From the NCBI GenBank assembly GCA_036382775.1, contig DASVHD010000016.1:8323-72322 (forward strand): a stretch of DNA of 64,000 nt. The letters are read 5' to 3'. A program made the position numbers and the translations under genes. The number at the start of each line of letters is the position of its first letter. The first letter of the stretch is position 1. Below the pieces are notes generated by a model. It had not been told where the DNA came from and did no database searches. It saw only the letters and a program-made list of their open reading frames with translations. Positions 45,676-56,395 of the stretch are shown here, piece after piece. This stretch comes from a bacterium (GTDB lineage Bacteria; Hydrothermota; Tepidihabitantia; SM23-42; JAOAFX01).

Positions 45676-46810
45676 TTGCACCTCCTCCGGCCGGTGTTTT
45701 TTCAAATCGCTGGAAAGCGATCACCAGCATGACCAGAATTATCCCGGGAATGATGATCCATAACGGTCTTTCGACCCAAAATCTGGACAGGTCCATCATA
45801 TTCCGCCCAAAACCGGCAACGCGCAAGACCAAATATCCAAAAGCAAAAGCTACGAGGTGCCATAAGTACAAGGTCATGATCATGGAGTTGGCGAGGATCA
45901 CTGCCATCCATGGTTTTGTTCGGCTCAACCACCGCGTCAGGGGGTTTCGCAACAGCATGGCCAGACCAACCAGCCAGATGGCCAGGGCGGCAATGCAGAT
46001 TGTGGGCGGGTGCATATTGGAGAATTTTTCAAAACCCGTGCCGACCATACTGCGGGGGTAGACACCGATATTAGTAAGGACAATGAGGGCGGTTAGACCG
46101 GCTGCGGCGATCGCTCCGTGCACCCGGCGGGGTATCCGCGTCAAAGTGCCGTCGGCATAGAAAAATCCCAGTTGGTGCACAAAAAGCCAGACAAATGCGA
46201 CATTGAACCATCGGATCAAGTGTATTTGCGAGTTGATCGCGATTATGTCCACGCAGATCGCAAGCAGAAGCAGCGCCGCGGGGATAGCCAGACCGAAACG
46301 CCGGTGCACCGCGCGCATGAGCGGCGTCAAGAGCACCATGAAAAGGTATACGCCCAAAAACCACAAAGGCAGCACGACCATTATGCCGACCCGTGCGTAC
46401 GTTTGCCAGTTCGGGATGACACCGATCATGATCACGTACATCAGGGCGATTATGAACAGAAAGGCGAAGGTCGGTTTGAACAAACGTACCAGCCTTGTCC
46501 GGTAAAAGTCAAAAAGTGATTGTCCCTTGCGTTTATACGAGTCGTAGGTGATCATGTTCGAGAACCCCCCGACGAAAAAAAACAGCGGCATGACCTGCAG
46601 TATCCAAGTTGCCGCCCACATGCCGGGGATCATGCCCACGGCGTTGCAGCCCCTGATTCCCTGACTATCGTTCACTATCATTGAGCTCAGCCAGTGTCCC
46701 AGGACCACGACCATGATGCTCATTGCCCGCAGGAAGTCAACATACCGGTCGCGTGTAGCTGGCGTTCGAGCCGCCAGTTGCGCGAGTTTTGAGTTGAATA
46801 TAATACCCAT
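45668..46810 (-). CDS. acyltransferase-3 family membrane protein
   Basis: FLRAMSIMVVVLGHWL; polytopic. Confidence 0.6.
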   Translation of the reverse strand: MGIIFNSKLAQLAARTPATRDRYVDFLRAMSIMVVVLGHWLSSMIVNDSQGIRGCNAVGMIPGMWAATWILQVMPLFFFVGGFSNMITYDSYKRKGQSLFDFYRTRLVRLFKPTFAFLFIIALMYVIMIGVIPNWQTYARVGIMVVLPLWFLGVYLFMVLLTPLMRAVHRRFGLAIPAALLLLAICVDIIAINSQIHLIRWFNVAFVWLFVHQLGFFYADGTLTRIPRRVHGAIAAAGLTALIVLTNIGVYPRSMVGTGFEKFSNMHPPTICIAALAIWLVGLAMLLRNPLTRWLSRTKPWMAVILANSMIMTLYLWHLVAFAFGYLVLRVAGFGRNMMDLSRFWVERPLWIIIPGIILVMLVIAFQRFEKTPAGGGANV

Positions 46811-46917
46811 GAGATCCTGTTACCTCCGTTTGGCTATTGGGCTATTGCGCTGCGCGTTATTATACAGTTGTCTGCTATTTTGTCAATGGCGTGTATTGGC
46901 AGTCGCATAACATATGG

Positions 46918-47664
46918 CTATTCGGCATCCTGTATCTCTTCTTCACATGGCAGCGTGTCTTTAGATCCTATATTCCCGAGTTCAAACTGTTCGGCACGCG
47001 TGCGCAAAATTTCTTTTAGCCAGGATTCCGGGTATTCCCGGTACTGACGTTCGCCATTTTCATCCTGAACATATCCGTCATTGTATTTGGTTACCAGGCG
47101 TTCCCCAAGTTCACGCCATTTTCCTACGACCATTTCAGCCTGAATGACGGAATAGTTTGAAAGATAATCAACCATTGCTGTCGTATCCGATCGATACAGA
47201 GCCAGGGCGGTTTTTTCAATGGAAGGTTGTAATTGAAGGAAGCTGCTTTCGAGCTCGCCTGGCACCGATTGGATATCTTTTATCATGTAACAATACCGAA
47301 GGTTTGAGTAATTGGAAACAAAGTTGAAAACCCACCAACCGCAGTCCCGGGAGAATTTTTTTTGATCTCCGCGGGTGAAAGATTCAGGAACGGTGTTATT
47401 ACCGCAGTAAAAGGGAATATAACAGGAGGCGTATGTATCGTCCAGCCCGTACCAGTAGACGCCGCCGATTTTGTCCGGCAGCCACGAGCGTGATTGCGAA
47501 ACGAAGGAATATGCGGTCGGCTGGGTCGAAATTGCACGTTCCCATCCATACTGCACGCTGTCGATGGTCCAGAATAGAGGCCGCCAGCGGTAAGGAAGGC
47601 CGTGCGCGCCGGCGTCAACACCTTTGGTCATGTCATAGTCTGTATTTTCAAAATGATCCCGCAA
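46918..47664 (-). pseudogene. C69-dipeptidase-like C-terminal fragment; the catalytic N-terminal half is missing
   Basis: ...YWYGLDDTYASCYIPFY...; only ~50 nt separate it from the upstream gene and contain no N-terminal ORF. Confidence 0.35.
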
Positions 47665-47717
47665 TAAAAAACCACAGACCTTGATCCGCGCTTGAGCGCT
47701 GAGTTACTTAACGTGAG

Positions 47718-48692
47718 TTATTCAAATATTTTGAGGTATTTGCCGTATCCTTCTTTTTCCATGGCTTCTTTGGGTATAAAACGAAGCGAAGCCGAGTTTA
47801 TGCAATAGCGCATGCCAGTCGGTGCCGGTCCGTCGTAAAAAACATGGCCCAGGTGAGAATTGGCGTGTGCGCTTCTCACCTCTGTCCGCGTCATGCCCTG
47901 AGTCGTATCTTGTTTTTCCATAATGTTTTCAGGTTCGATCGGGCTCGTGAAACTGGGCCAGCCGCATTCGGAATCGAATTTGTCGCGAGAACTGAACAAG
48001 GGCTCGCCCGATACCACGTCGACATATATCCCTTCACGCTTGTTGTTCCAGAATTCATTGAAAAAAGGCGGTTCGGTCGCGTTTTCTTGCGTGACCTTAT
48101 ACCGCACAGAAGTGAGTTTTTTCTTAAGTTCCTTTTTGAGCGGCACACTGTACGTTTCGGTGCCATTGTCCTGCTGAAATTTTTCAATAAACCGTTTTCT
48201 ACCGGACAGGAGCTTGTAGGTTTCATAACGCGCCGGGTTTTTTTGATAAAAATCCTGATGGTATTCTTCCGCCGGGTAAAAGACCTTGAAGGGCTTGATC
48301 TCGGTCCTTATCGGCTTTTTGAACCATCCTGATTTCTTAAGTGCATCCCTCGATGCAACGGCCTGCTTAAGCTGGTTTTCATCGTGGTAAAATATCGCGG
48401 TCCGGTATTGGGGTCCCTTGTCGCTGAACTGTCCGTCAGCATCGGTCGGATCGATCTGCTGCCAGAATACCGTCAGCAGCTGATCATAGGATACCTTAGC
48501 CGGATCATATGTGATCTGTACTGCTTCATAATGCCCGGTCGTTTCAGAACATACCTGCTCATAGGTCGGGTTCTCTACAAACCCGCCCGTGTATCCAGAC
48601 TTAACGTCGATGACGCCGTCCAAGTTCTTAAAGGCCGGCACTACGCACCAGAAACAGCCGCCGGCAAATGTCGCAATTGCAAGTGATCCCAA
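47718..48692 (-). CDS. msrAB: bifunctional peptide-methionine sulfoxide reductase MsrA/MsrB
   Basis: GCFWC (MsrA) N-terminal; CGWPSF...HLGHVF...RYCINS (MsrB) C-terminal. Confidence 0.8.
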   Translation of the reverse strand: MGSLAIATFAGGCFWCVVPAFKNLDGVIDVKSGYTGGFVENPTYEQVCSETTGHYEAVQITYDPAKVSYDQLLTVFWQQIDPTDADGQFSDKGPQYRTAIFYHDENQLKQAVASRDALKKSGWFKKPIRTEIKPFKVFYPAEEYHQDFYQKNPARYETYKLLSGRKRFIEKFQQDNGTETYSVPLKKELKKKLTSVRYKVTQENATEPPFFNEFWNNKREGIYVDVVSGEPLFSSRDKFDSECGWPSFTSPIEPENIMEKQDTTQGMTRTEVRSAHANSHLGHVFYDGPAPTGMRYCINSASLRFIPKEAMEKEGYGKYLKIFE

Positions 48693-48813
48693 GCCAAACC
48701 CCCTTTTTAGTTTTCATGATTTAGACACTACAGAGTATCCTTTGTTTATGTCCAAGCATGGTCGACATTGATTTTCGTATGGCTATCTGTATAATCCTTT
48801 GCCAGGAGATATT

Positions 48814-50943
48814 ATGATAATAAAGCATTTATCCATCAGCTTTATCGCGATCGTAGCGTTAGCGGTCTGTTCATGCAGTCTGCCAACTATGAAAAATATT
48901 GAGTGGATCCATTGGCCTAAAATGTACAATCCGGTCAGCGAAACTCTGCATGGCCGGGTTGTCGTCGACGAATTCCGGGGATTGGAAAATTTCGACGATC
49001 CGGTGGTCCAGGAATGGATTAATTGGCAAAACAGGATCTCAAGGAAGTTCCTTGACGGATTGCCGCAGAGGGATTATTTGAGGAAGAGGCTCACTGAGTT
49101 AAGGCGGTATGACGATGAATCAACGCCAGACCAGGTTCTTGTCGGTGACCGGATCTTTTATTCAGTCATTAAAAAAGACTGGGAGCGCTGGGCCTACTAC
49201 ACTAAAGAGAATGAAAATGCCGGTCCGGAGTTGCTGCTGGACCCCAACCAATGGGGATTGAAACAGCTGGGCGCGGTCTATCCATCGAGGGACGGTAAAT
49301 ACCTCGCTTACAGCGTGGAAGAGGCAGGCAAAGAAAACCCGGTGATAAAAATTATGGTCGTAGGAACGAAAGAGATCTTGCGCGACTCCCTTGCGGGCTG
49401 GCGCCAAGCCGGAATCTCGTGGCTGCCGGATAACTCCGGTTTTTACTATACTGCTAATCCTCTCAAGAGAACTGTCCCTGCTGGTGAGGAAAATTACTGG
49501 GACGCGGTCTATTTCCATAAACTGGGGACGATGGCAAGCGAGGATGCCAAGCTGTTTTATCATGATAAGGTCAAGGAGTATTTTCACTCTGCCGAAGTCA
49601 GCGAGGACGGAAAATATATCCTGTTCTACCGCTCACAGTTCTATAAGAACGAGGTGTATCTGCAAAAGCTCGGGTCAGACCAGCCTATGATACCGGTTAT
49701 AACGTTTATGGACGCTGAATACTCGATAAATGTAATCGATGATAAGATTGTCATTACTACGAACTGGGACGCTCCCAAACGCCGGGTTATGATAACTGAC
49801 ATTGACAAACCTGATCGGTCAAGCTGGACCGAGATCATTCCGGAGACCGAAGATAACCTTGAATACATCAATACAATCGCCGGTCAGCTATATGCGGTTT
49901 ATATGCATAATGCGCATACGGTTATCAAGATCTTCACGCTTGAAGGAAAATACGTCAGAGACCTTCCTTTGCCCACGTTCGGTACCGCCGCGGTGTGGGG
50001 ATACTGGTCAAAATCCGATATATGGGTTAATTTTACTTCATATACATATCCCGGGACGGTTTTTAAATATGACTTCAGCCGGGACACGCTCGTCCTTTTT
50101 CACCGGCCGCCGATCGATATTGACCTTTCCGACTACACTGTGGAACAGGTGTGGTACCAATCGAAAGACGGCACTTTGATCCCGATGTTCCTTGTTTATC
50201 GCAAGAGCTTGAAACTAAACAGCAATAATGGGGTGTATCTGACCGGCTACGGGGGATTCAATATTCCTAAGAATCCGTCTTTTTCTTCAGGCTACGCGGT
50301 CTGGCTGGAATCGGGCGGCATGATCGCGATACCCGGTCTGCGGGGCGGTAGTGAGTTCGGCGAGGAATGGCACAAAGCGGGCATGCTTAATAAAAAACAA
50401 AACGTGTTTGACGATTTTATATACGCCGCGAAATGGCTCATAGGCAACAAATATACAAGCACGGAAAAACTGGGCATTGCCGGCGGCAGCAACGGCGGTC
50501 TGCTCACTGGTGCGGCCCTTGTGCAGGCACCAGAGCTTTTCAGAGCAGTCTACGTTGGCGTACCCCTACTGGACATGTTGCGCTACCACAAATTCAGCTA
50601 CGCAAACATCTGGGCCGAAGAGTACGGCAGTGCGGATGATTCCGCGCAGTTTGAATGCATATTGAAATATTCTCCTTACCATAATGTCACGTCGAATACG
50701 ATCTATCCAGCTGTGCTGTTCGAGGCGAGCGATAACGACCCCAGGTGCCATCCCATGCATGCCATGAAAACGGCGGCAAAGATGCAGGCGGCACAAGCGG
50801 GTAAGGAGCCTATTTTGCTTTTGGTGCGCAAACACGCCGGCCACAGCGGCGGCATTACCCTGTCCGAGAGCATCGATGAGCAGGTGGATGAGTGGTCGTT
50901 CATGATGGAAGAGCTGGGTCTGAAAGCACCCAATAAAAAATAG
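48814..50943 (+). CDS. prolyl oligopeptidase family (S9) serine peptidase
   Basis: GGSNGGLL nucleophile elbow; start at MIIKH with RBS AGGAG. Confidence 0.75.
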   Translation: MIIKHLSISFIAIVALAVCSCSLPTMKNIEWIHWPKMYNPVSETLHGRVVVDEFRGLENFDDPVVQEWINWQNRISRKFLDGLPQRDYLRKRLTELRRYDDESTPDQVLVGDRIFYSVIKKDWERWAYYTKENENAGPELLLDPNQWGLKQLGAVYPSRDGKYLAYSVEEAGKENPVIKIMVVGTKEILRDSLAGWRQAGISWLPDNSGFYYTANPLKRTVPAGEENYWDAVYFHKLGTMASEDAKLFYHDKVKEYFHSAEVSEDGKYILFYRSQFYKNEVYLQKLGSDQPMIPVITFMDAEYSINVIDDKIVITTNWDAPKRRVMITDIDKPDRSSWTEIIPETEDNLEYINTIAGQLYAVYMHNAHTVIKIFTLEGKYVRDLPLPTFGTAAVWGYWSKSDIWVNFTSYTYPGTVFKYDFSRDTLVLFHRPPIDIDLSDYTVEQVWYQSKDGTLIPMFLVYRKSLKLNSNNGVYLTGYGGFNIPKNPSFSSGYAVWLESGGMIAIPGLRGGSEFGEEWHKAGMLNKKQNVFDDFIYAAKWLIGNKYTSTEKLGIAGGSNGGLLTGAALVQAPELFRAVYVGVPLLDMLRYHKFSYANIWAEEYGSADDSAQFECILKYSPYHNVTSNTIYPAVLFEASDNDPRCHPMHAMKTAAKMQAAQAGKEPILLLVRKHAGHSGGITLSESIDEQVDEWSFMMEELGLKAPNKK

Positions 50944-50949
50944 TCTTTT

Positions 50950-51010
50950 TTGTCTGTCTAGACTGTTTGGTCTTTTTGGTTTTTAACTAAAAAGACGAAA
51001 AAGACCAAAT
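50950..51010 (+). terminator. long imperfect hairpin with T-runs (ttggtcttttt...aaaaagaccaa) after the S9 peptidase gene
   Basis: Inverted repeats read directly. Confidence 0.5.
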
Positions 51011-51114
51011 AGATTAAATGGACTTCGTTATTAATTCATTCCTCCCTTGAAATTTGTTCCTTTTTGAATATAATATCACTGGCAATTTGATTATTTTTAA
51101 AAAAGGAGGCTTTT

Positions 51115-51954
51115 ACGGCTAAAAAAGAATACGTCGACAAGCTGGTAAAGTTAGGAATATCCGAGGCACAGGCGCGGATCTATGTCGCTCTGCTCGAAAA
51201 ACGGGAATTGAGCGCGATGGAGATCCATGAGCAGACCCACGTGCCCCGGTCCAAGGTCTACGAGATAACCCGGAACATGATGCTCAAGGGCATGTGCATC
51301 GAAAAGACCATGGGCCGGAACAAAAAGTACCAGGCGGTCGAACCGCAGCGCGCGTTCAACAATATCATCGCGGAGCAGGACCGCATACTGCAGGAGAAAA
51401 AGGACATAGCAAGTTCGATCAGCAAGATGTTCAGCCCGCTGTACAGCCAGGGAATGCAAAACGTCAACGTCTTTGAATATGTCGAGATCATCAGGGATAT
51501 GGCTTCGATCCACGAGCGGTATGTGAGCCTGCTGAAGAATACGCGCCATGAGCAGCTCGGTTTTGTTAAACCGCCGTTCTCTTACCAGGTCAGGCGCAAG
51601 CTTCAAGAACAGGAGAATACCGAGCTTGAGATTCTGAAAAAGGGTGTGATGGTCCGCGTGTTGTACGAATATTCAAGCCGGGACCTGGGGGAATTGTACG
51701 AACATGTCAAGAAATGCACGACTGCTGGAGAACGGGCAAGGGTTGTGGAGAAACTGCCGATCAAGATGTACGTCTTTGACCGGCGGTATGTGCTGATGGC
51801 ACTGCCCAACCGGCGCTCCGCCACCTCGCCTTTGACCATGCTGGTGATCGACAATCCGGCACTTGCCAACGCCTTGAAGATATTATTCGACCATCTCTGG
51901 GAAGGCGCGTATGAATACCAGTTCATAAAGTCATTGATCGACAAGAAGAAATAA
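51115..51954 (+). CDS. TrmB-family transcriptional regulator; ACG occupies the start position 5 nt after RBS AAGGAGG
   Basis: In-frame translation (T)AKKEYVDKLVKLGISEAQARIYVALLEKRELSAMEIHEQTHVPRSKVYEITRNMMLKG is the TrmB winged helix; the track begins it at an internal TTG (51208). Confidence 0.55.
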   Translation, partial: TAKKEYVDKLVKLGISEAQARIYVALLEKRELSAMEIHEQTHVPRSKVYEITRNMMLKGMCIEKTMGRNKKYQAVEPQRAFNNIIAEQDRILQEKKDIASSISKMFSPLYSQGMQNVNVFEYVEIIRDMASIHERYVSLLKNTRHEQLGFVKPPFSYQVRRKLQEQENTELEILKKGVMVRVLYEYSSRDLGELYEHVKKCTTAGERARVVEKLPIKMYVFDRRYVLMALPNRRSATSPLTMLVIDNPALANALKILFDHLWEGAYEYQFIKSLIDKKK

Positions 51955-52051
51955 CGGCATTGACAAGGCTAATGCCGAAGATTACGGTGATAAAAAAATA
52001 GATTACAGTGATAAAGCAAAAAAATAAAGTGATCTTGAACGGAGGAAACCA

Positions 52052-54373
52052 ATGGACATTCTGAGTCTTGGATCAAGGCACGGGCTTAATGGTTTTGAAC
52101 AGCTCGCGATCATTGGCGTGCTCGTCACCGCGTTTATCAGTCTGTTATACGCGTGGCTGCTGCGGGGCACGGTCTTGAAAAAGGATAAAGGCACACCAAA
52201 AATGCAGGAGGTCTGGGACGCGATACGCATCGGCGCCGACAGCTATCTTAACCGGCAGCTGCGGTCGATATTGCCATCGATCGCATTGATGTGCGTTGCA
52301 TTGTTCTTCAGCGTCTACATTGCCAGGCCGACATACGAGGCGGTCGAGGAATTCGGCCAAGCCGCCCAGATCGTGATCGCCATTGGCAGGACCCTGGCTT
52401 TTATCGTGGGAGCGACATTCTCGGTCCTGGTCGGCCAGCTGGGCATGCGCATGGCAATCCAGGCCAATGTTCGGGCTGCGTCAGCCGCAAAACGCAGTTT
52501 CAACGAGTCATTATCGATCGCCTACTACGCCGGGACTATTACCGGCATGCTGACCGACGGGCTGGGTTTGCTCGGCGGCACGGTCATTTTCATTATTTTC
52601 GGCAAAGCCGCACCCGACGCCCTGCTGGGATTCGGTTTTGGCGGGACCCTGATCGCGTTGTTCATGAGGGTCGGCGGGGGGATCTATACCAAGGCAGCGG
52701 ATGTCGGCGCTGATCTTGTCGGTAAGGTAGAGAAAGATATCCCGGAAGACGACCCGCGCAACGCGGCGGTGATCGCAGACCAGGTCGGTGACAATGTCGG
52801 CGATTGTGCCGGTATGGCCGCCGATATCTTTGAAAGTTATGAGGTCACGATCGTTTCGGCTCTGATCCTGGGTATCGCACTGGTCCAGCTGGATCCCAGC
52901 CATAGCCTGAAATGGATCGTCTATCCCCTGATCATCCGCGGTATCGGCGTCATCAGTTCGATCCTGGGAACGTTCGCGGTTCCGATCTGGGAAAGATTCC
53001 CGTTGAAGTTTCTGAGAGCAAAGGACGCGGAAGCGGCTATGTTCCGCTCCTACGAAGTCTCAAGCGTAAACACAGTTCTCTGGTCTTTTTTGGTCGCGAC
53101 ATTGTATGCCGGTGACTGGCGGCTTGCCATGCTCACGACCATCGGTGTGGGTCTGGCAGTGGCCTTCAATCCCCTGACGTCGTACTTTACTTCCACCAAA
53201 CACACGCCGGTCAAAGAGATCGTGAAATCGACGCGCGCGGGCCCGGCGACGACCATCCTTTCCGGGCTTTCCGTCGGTATGGAATCAAGCGTCTGGGCAT
53301 TGCTGGTCATTGCCCTATCATTCGTTTTTGCGCTGTTGTTGTACGGCGGTTCGACCAATGCCACCTACGTGCTGTACGCCGTTGCCATGATCGGCATCGG
53401 AATGCTCAGCCATACCGGCAACAATGTTGCCATGGATTCTTATGGTCCGATCTCCGACAATGCCAACGGGATCGCCGAGATGGCATGGCATGATCTGGAC
53501 GATCAGGAGACGCGAAAAGCCAGACAGATTCTAGCAGACCTCGACGCCGTCGGCAACACCACAAAAGCGATTACCAAGGGAGTCGCGATCGCGTCGGCGG
53601 TGATCGCAGCGGTGAGCTTGTTTTCGTCGTACATTACGGATATCGGCAGGGTTCAGGCACAGCTGGGCTTCAAGCTTGACCAGATCATCTCGTCCATCCG
53701 CGTCTCCAATACCAAGGTTTTTGTCGGCATGCTGCTCGGCGGTGCTTTGCCATGGTTATTCAGCGCGCTATCGATCCGCGCTGTATCCAGGGCTGCCAGC
53801 CAGATCGTGGAAGAGGTCCGTCATCAGTTCCGCATTCCCGGCATCATGGAAGGAACGGTGAAACCGGATTACGCCCGCGTGGTCGGGATATCGACTCGGT
53901 CCGCACAGAAGGAATTGATACCGCTGGCTGCGATCGCAGTGCTGCTGCCCATCGTAGTAGGGTTGGTGCTTCAGGTCGAAGCGCTGGGCGGGTTCCTCGC
54001 GGGTGTCATACTGAGCGGACAGCTGCTTGCCGTTTTCATGGCCAACAGCGGTGGCGCGTGGGACAACGCGAAAAAGAGCATCGAAGATGAAAAGCGCGAC
54101 CTCAAAGCCAACACGGGCAAAGGCAGCGAACGGCACAAAGCCAGCGTGGTCGGAGATACGGTCGGTGATCCGCTCAAAGACACGGCCGGCCCGGCGCTCA
54201 ATCCAATGATCAAGGTCGTGAACCTGGTCAGTCTGCTGATCGCACCGCTCCTGGTGTCTGCCGACTTGCACAAGTGGTATGTCTGGGTTATCATCGTAAT
54301 ATTGCTTGCTGCCATGATCTGGGCGATCTCGAAGAGCAGCCGCTCGCCAAAGGAAAAGACTGAAAGTAAATAG
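52052..54373 (+). CDS. hppA: membrane-bound H+-translocating pyrophosphatase (V-PPase)
   Basis: GDNVGDCAGMAADIFESYEVT; 773 aa polytopic. Confidence 0.85.
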   Translation: MDILSLGSRHGLNGFEQLAIIGVLVTAFISLLYAWLLRGTVLKKDKGTPKMQEVWDAIRIGADSYLNRQLRSILPSIALMCVALFFSVYIARPTYEAVEEFGQAAQIVIAIGRTLAFIVGATFSVLVGQLGMRMAIQANVRAASAAKRSFNESLSIAYYAGTITGMLTDGLGLLGGTVIFIIFGKAAPDALLGFGFGGTLIALFMRVGGGIYTKAADVGADLVGKVEKDIPEDDPRNAAVIADQVGDNVGDCAGMAADIFESYEVTIVSALILGIALVQLDPSHSLKWIVYPLIIRGIGVISSILGTFAVPIWERFPLKFLRAKDAEAAMFRSYEVSSVNTVLWSFLVATLYAGDWRLAMLTTIGVGLAVAFNPLTSYFTSTKHTPVKEIVKSTRAGPATTILSGLSVGMESSVWALLVIALSFVFALLLYGGSTNATYVLYAVAMIGIGMLSHTGNNVAMDSYGPISDNANGIAEMAWHDLDDQETRKARQILADLDAVGNTTKAITKGVAIASAVIAAVSLFSSYITDIGRVQAQLGFKLDQIISSIRVSNTKVFVGMLLGGALPWLFSALSIRAVSRAASQIVEEVRHQFRIPGIMEGTVKPDYARVVGISTRSAQKELIPLAAIAVLLPIVVGLVLQVEALGGFLAGVILSGQLLAVFMANSGGAWDNAKKSIEDEKRDLKANTGKGSERHKASVVGDTVGDPLKDTAGPALNPMIKVVNLVSLLIAPLLVSADLHKWYVWVIIVILLAAMIWAISKSSRSPKEKTESK

Positions 54374-54440
54374 TAAATATTATTTAGTTATTTGTAGACA
54401 GATCGCTTCTGATCATTATCCCAGGTAAATCAACCTGATC

Positions 54441-55432
54441 TTAACGGTTTTTGTTGTTTTGTCCGTGGTTGAGTTTTTTATTCCGGTACATCAGGTGGTC
54501 GGCCCGCGCCAGGAGTTCATCCAACGATACCGGCGAAGCGGGGTCAAAACAGCAATGCCCGATGCTGAGCGAAATGGGGTAGGGGTATAGCTTTTTTTGT
54601 TAAACTCATCGACCGCCTGATCCAGCCGGATTTCAATATTATCATTGCTGACATCCTGTGTCTGGATCGTCAGCACGGAAAATTCATCGCCTCCATAGCG
54701 GGCGACAATATCCGATTCCCGATATGTGCTGCGCAGGATATAAGCGGTCTCGAACAACGCTTTGTCGCCCTCAAAGTGACCGTACTGGTCGTTGATCTGC
54801 TTGAGGTTGTTTATATCAATAAAATAAACATGGACTTTTTTGTCCAGTCTCCGGGCCAGCCGCAGTTGCTGCTCGCCAAGCGTATGAAAAGCCCGGCGGT
54901 TATAAAGCCCGGTGAGCTCATCAGTCAGGGATAGTGAACGGAGCTCGTCCTCCATCACCTTTTGCTCGGTAATATCGCTCATGATACCGTTGGCTGCCAT
55001 GAGTTGGTCTCCATCCCACTCGAACCTCATCGAATCACGGATCCATAGGATCCGGCCGTCAGAGCGCACCATCCGGCATTCCACGATCAGCGGTTCAGAG
55101 TCGCCCTTTTTATCAGCCATGTGCTTTTGTATTTCCTGCGATAGCCGGTCGCGGTCATCAGGATGCATCACGCGCAGCGTGAATTCCCGGGGATGCTGGA
55201 GGGGTTCTGACAGGGGATATCCGAGCATCGATTCCAGGACCGGTGAGAGGTATTCATATTTGCCGGTCAGCATGTTGATGCGGTAAAGCACGTCCGGCAC
55301 CGTTGCCGCCAGCTCCTCGAACAGCTCGCGTTCCCGGAATAGCATTTCTTCGCTCTTTTTATATTCCTTGATCTCGGATTCGAGGTCCGCGATCCGCCTT
55401 TTTAGATCCGCGATCAATTCATCACTGTCCAT
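54441..55432 (-). CDS. PAS-GGDEF diguanylate cyclase with -1 frameshift in a T7 run (54592-54598)
   Basis: RYGGDEFSVL; after the homopolymer the conserved C-terminus ...SLSIGHCCFDPASPVSLDELLARADHLMYRNKK continues in another frame. Confidence 0.6.
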
Positions 55433-55447
55433 GTCGGGACCGGAGCA

Positions 55448-56395
55448 TCAGTTGTTCTCAAAATACTCATAAGCGTCGATGATGTCGAGGTAAACGCCGT
55501 CAAAACCGCCTTCTACGATCTTTTTAACGTAGCCGAAGATGATCGCCTGCCATTGCGGATCCCAATACGTCACCTTGAAATTCCCCGGCCAGTCAGGATT
55601 TTCCTCATAAATGAATGACGGATCGCCTTCCTCCCAGCCGCTCTGCCAGTAGTGACGGTAATCCTCGGCTTCGCCGATCGAGAGGTAGGCGATGACCTTG
55701 CGGCGCTTGCCGTCGGCCTTTGTTTTCATCTGCGAGACCTGCTGGGGGGTGAACCGCTCTGCGTCCGTTCCGTCGAATGAGTAATCGATGATGGCGAGAT
55801 CATAATATGTGTTGGCCAGCGCCGCTACGAATGAATCGGCATTGCCGAAAGATTGGTACTGCAGGATATACACAAAGTGCCCGATATCGTTCCACGAGAC
55901 AACATCGTGGGAAGCGGATGAATCGGGCGCGTGCAGGTTATCGCGGATCCGGTCCAGCGCCCGGACGGTCACATACGGAACGTATTGCCGGTCAAGCGAT
56001 CTTTGATAAGCGTCGTCAACGTTCGCCTGGGTGGTCGCGTAATCTACCGTCATGACCAGCCGTCCCGCATTTTTAAAGATCTCGAGAGCCGACTCCATTT
56101 CCGTGGTTACTGCCGCCGGTGTAGGTTCATCGTCCGCATCGTAACCGTAGTAGATGTCTTCGCAACCGATACCGTCGACAGCCAGAACGTATGACTGGTC
56201 ACTGCCCAGGCCTTCGCCATTTTGTGGGAAGATGCCAAAGCCGGTTATCCCCAGGGAATCGCGCGCATAATCCCCGATGGCAGCGACGAACCCGACCATT
56301 TCCTGCCTGAAATCGATGTTGTCAAATTCATCCTTCTTGCATCCCATCGCAAGAAGAGCGATCATGGCGATGCCTGACAGATTCTTCATTATCAC
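55448..56395 (-). CDS. lipoprotein, GH114-like (endo-alpha-1,4-polygalactosaminidase/PelA-like) TIM-barrel glycosidase
   Basis: Lipobox LAMGC; ...IAYLSIGEAEDYRHYW...GFDGVYLDIIDAYEY. Confidence 0.45.
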   Translation of the reverse strand: MIMKNLSGIAMIALLAMGCKKDEFDNIDFRQEMVGFVAAIGDYARDSLGITGFGIFPQNGEGLGSDQSYVLAVDGIGCEDIYYGYDADDEPTPAAVTTEMESALEIFKNAGRLVMTVDYATTQANVDDAYQRSLDRQYVPYVTVRALDRIRDNLHAPDSSASHDVVSWNDIGHFVYILQYQSFGNADSFVAALANTYYDLAIIDYSFDGTDAERFTPQQVSQMKTKADGKRRKVIAYLSIGEAEDYRHYWQSGWEEGDPSFIYEENPDWPGNFKVTYWDPQWQAIIFGYVKKIVEGGFDGVYLDIIDAYEYFENN

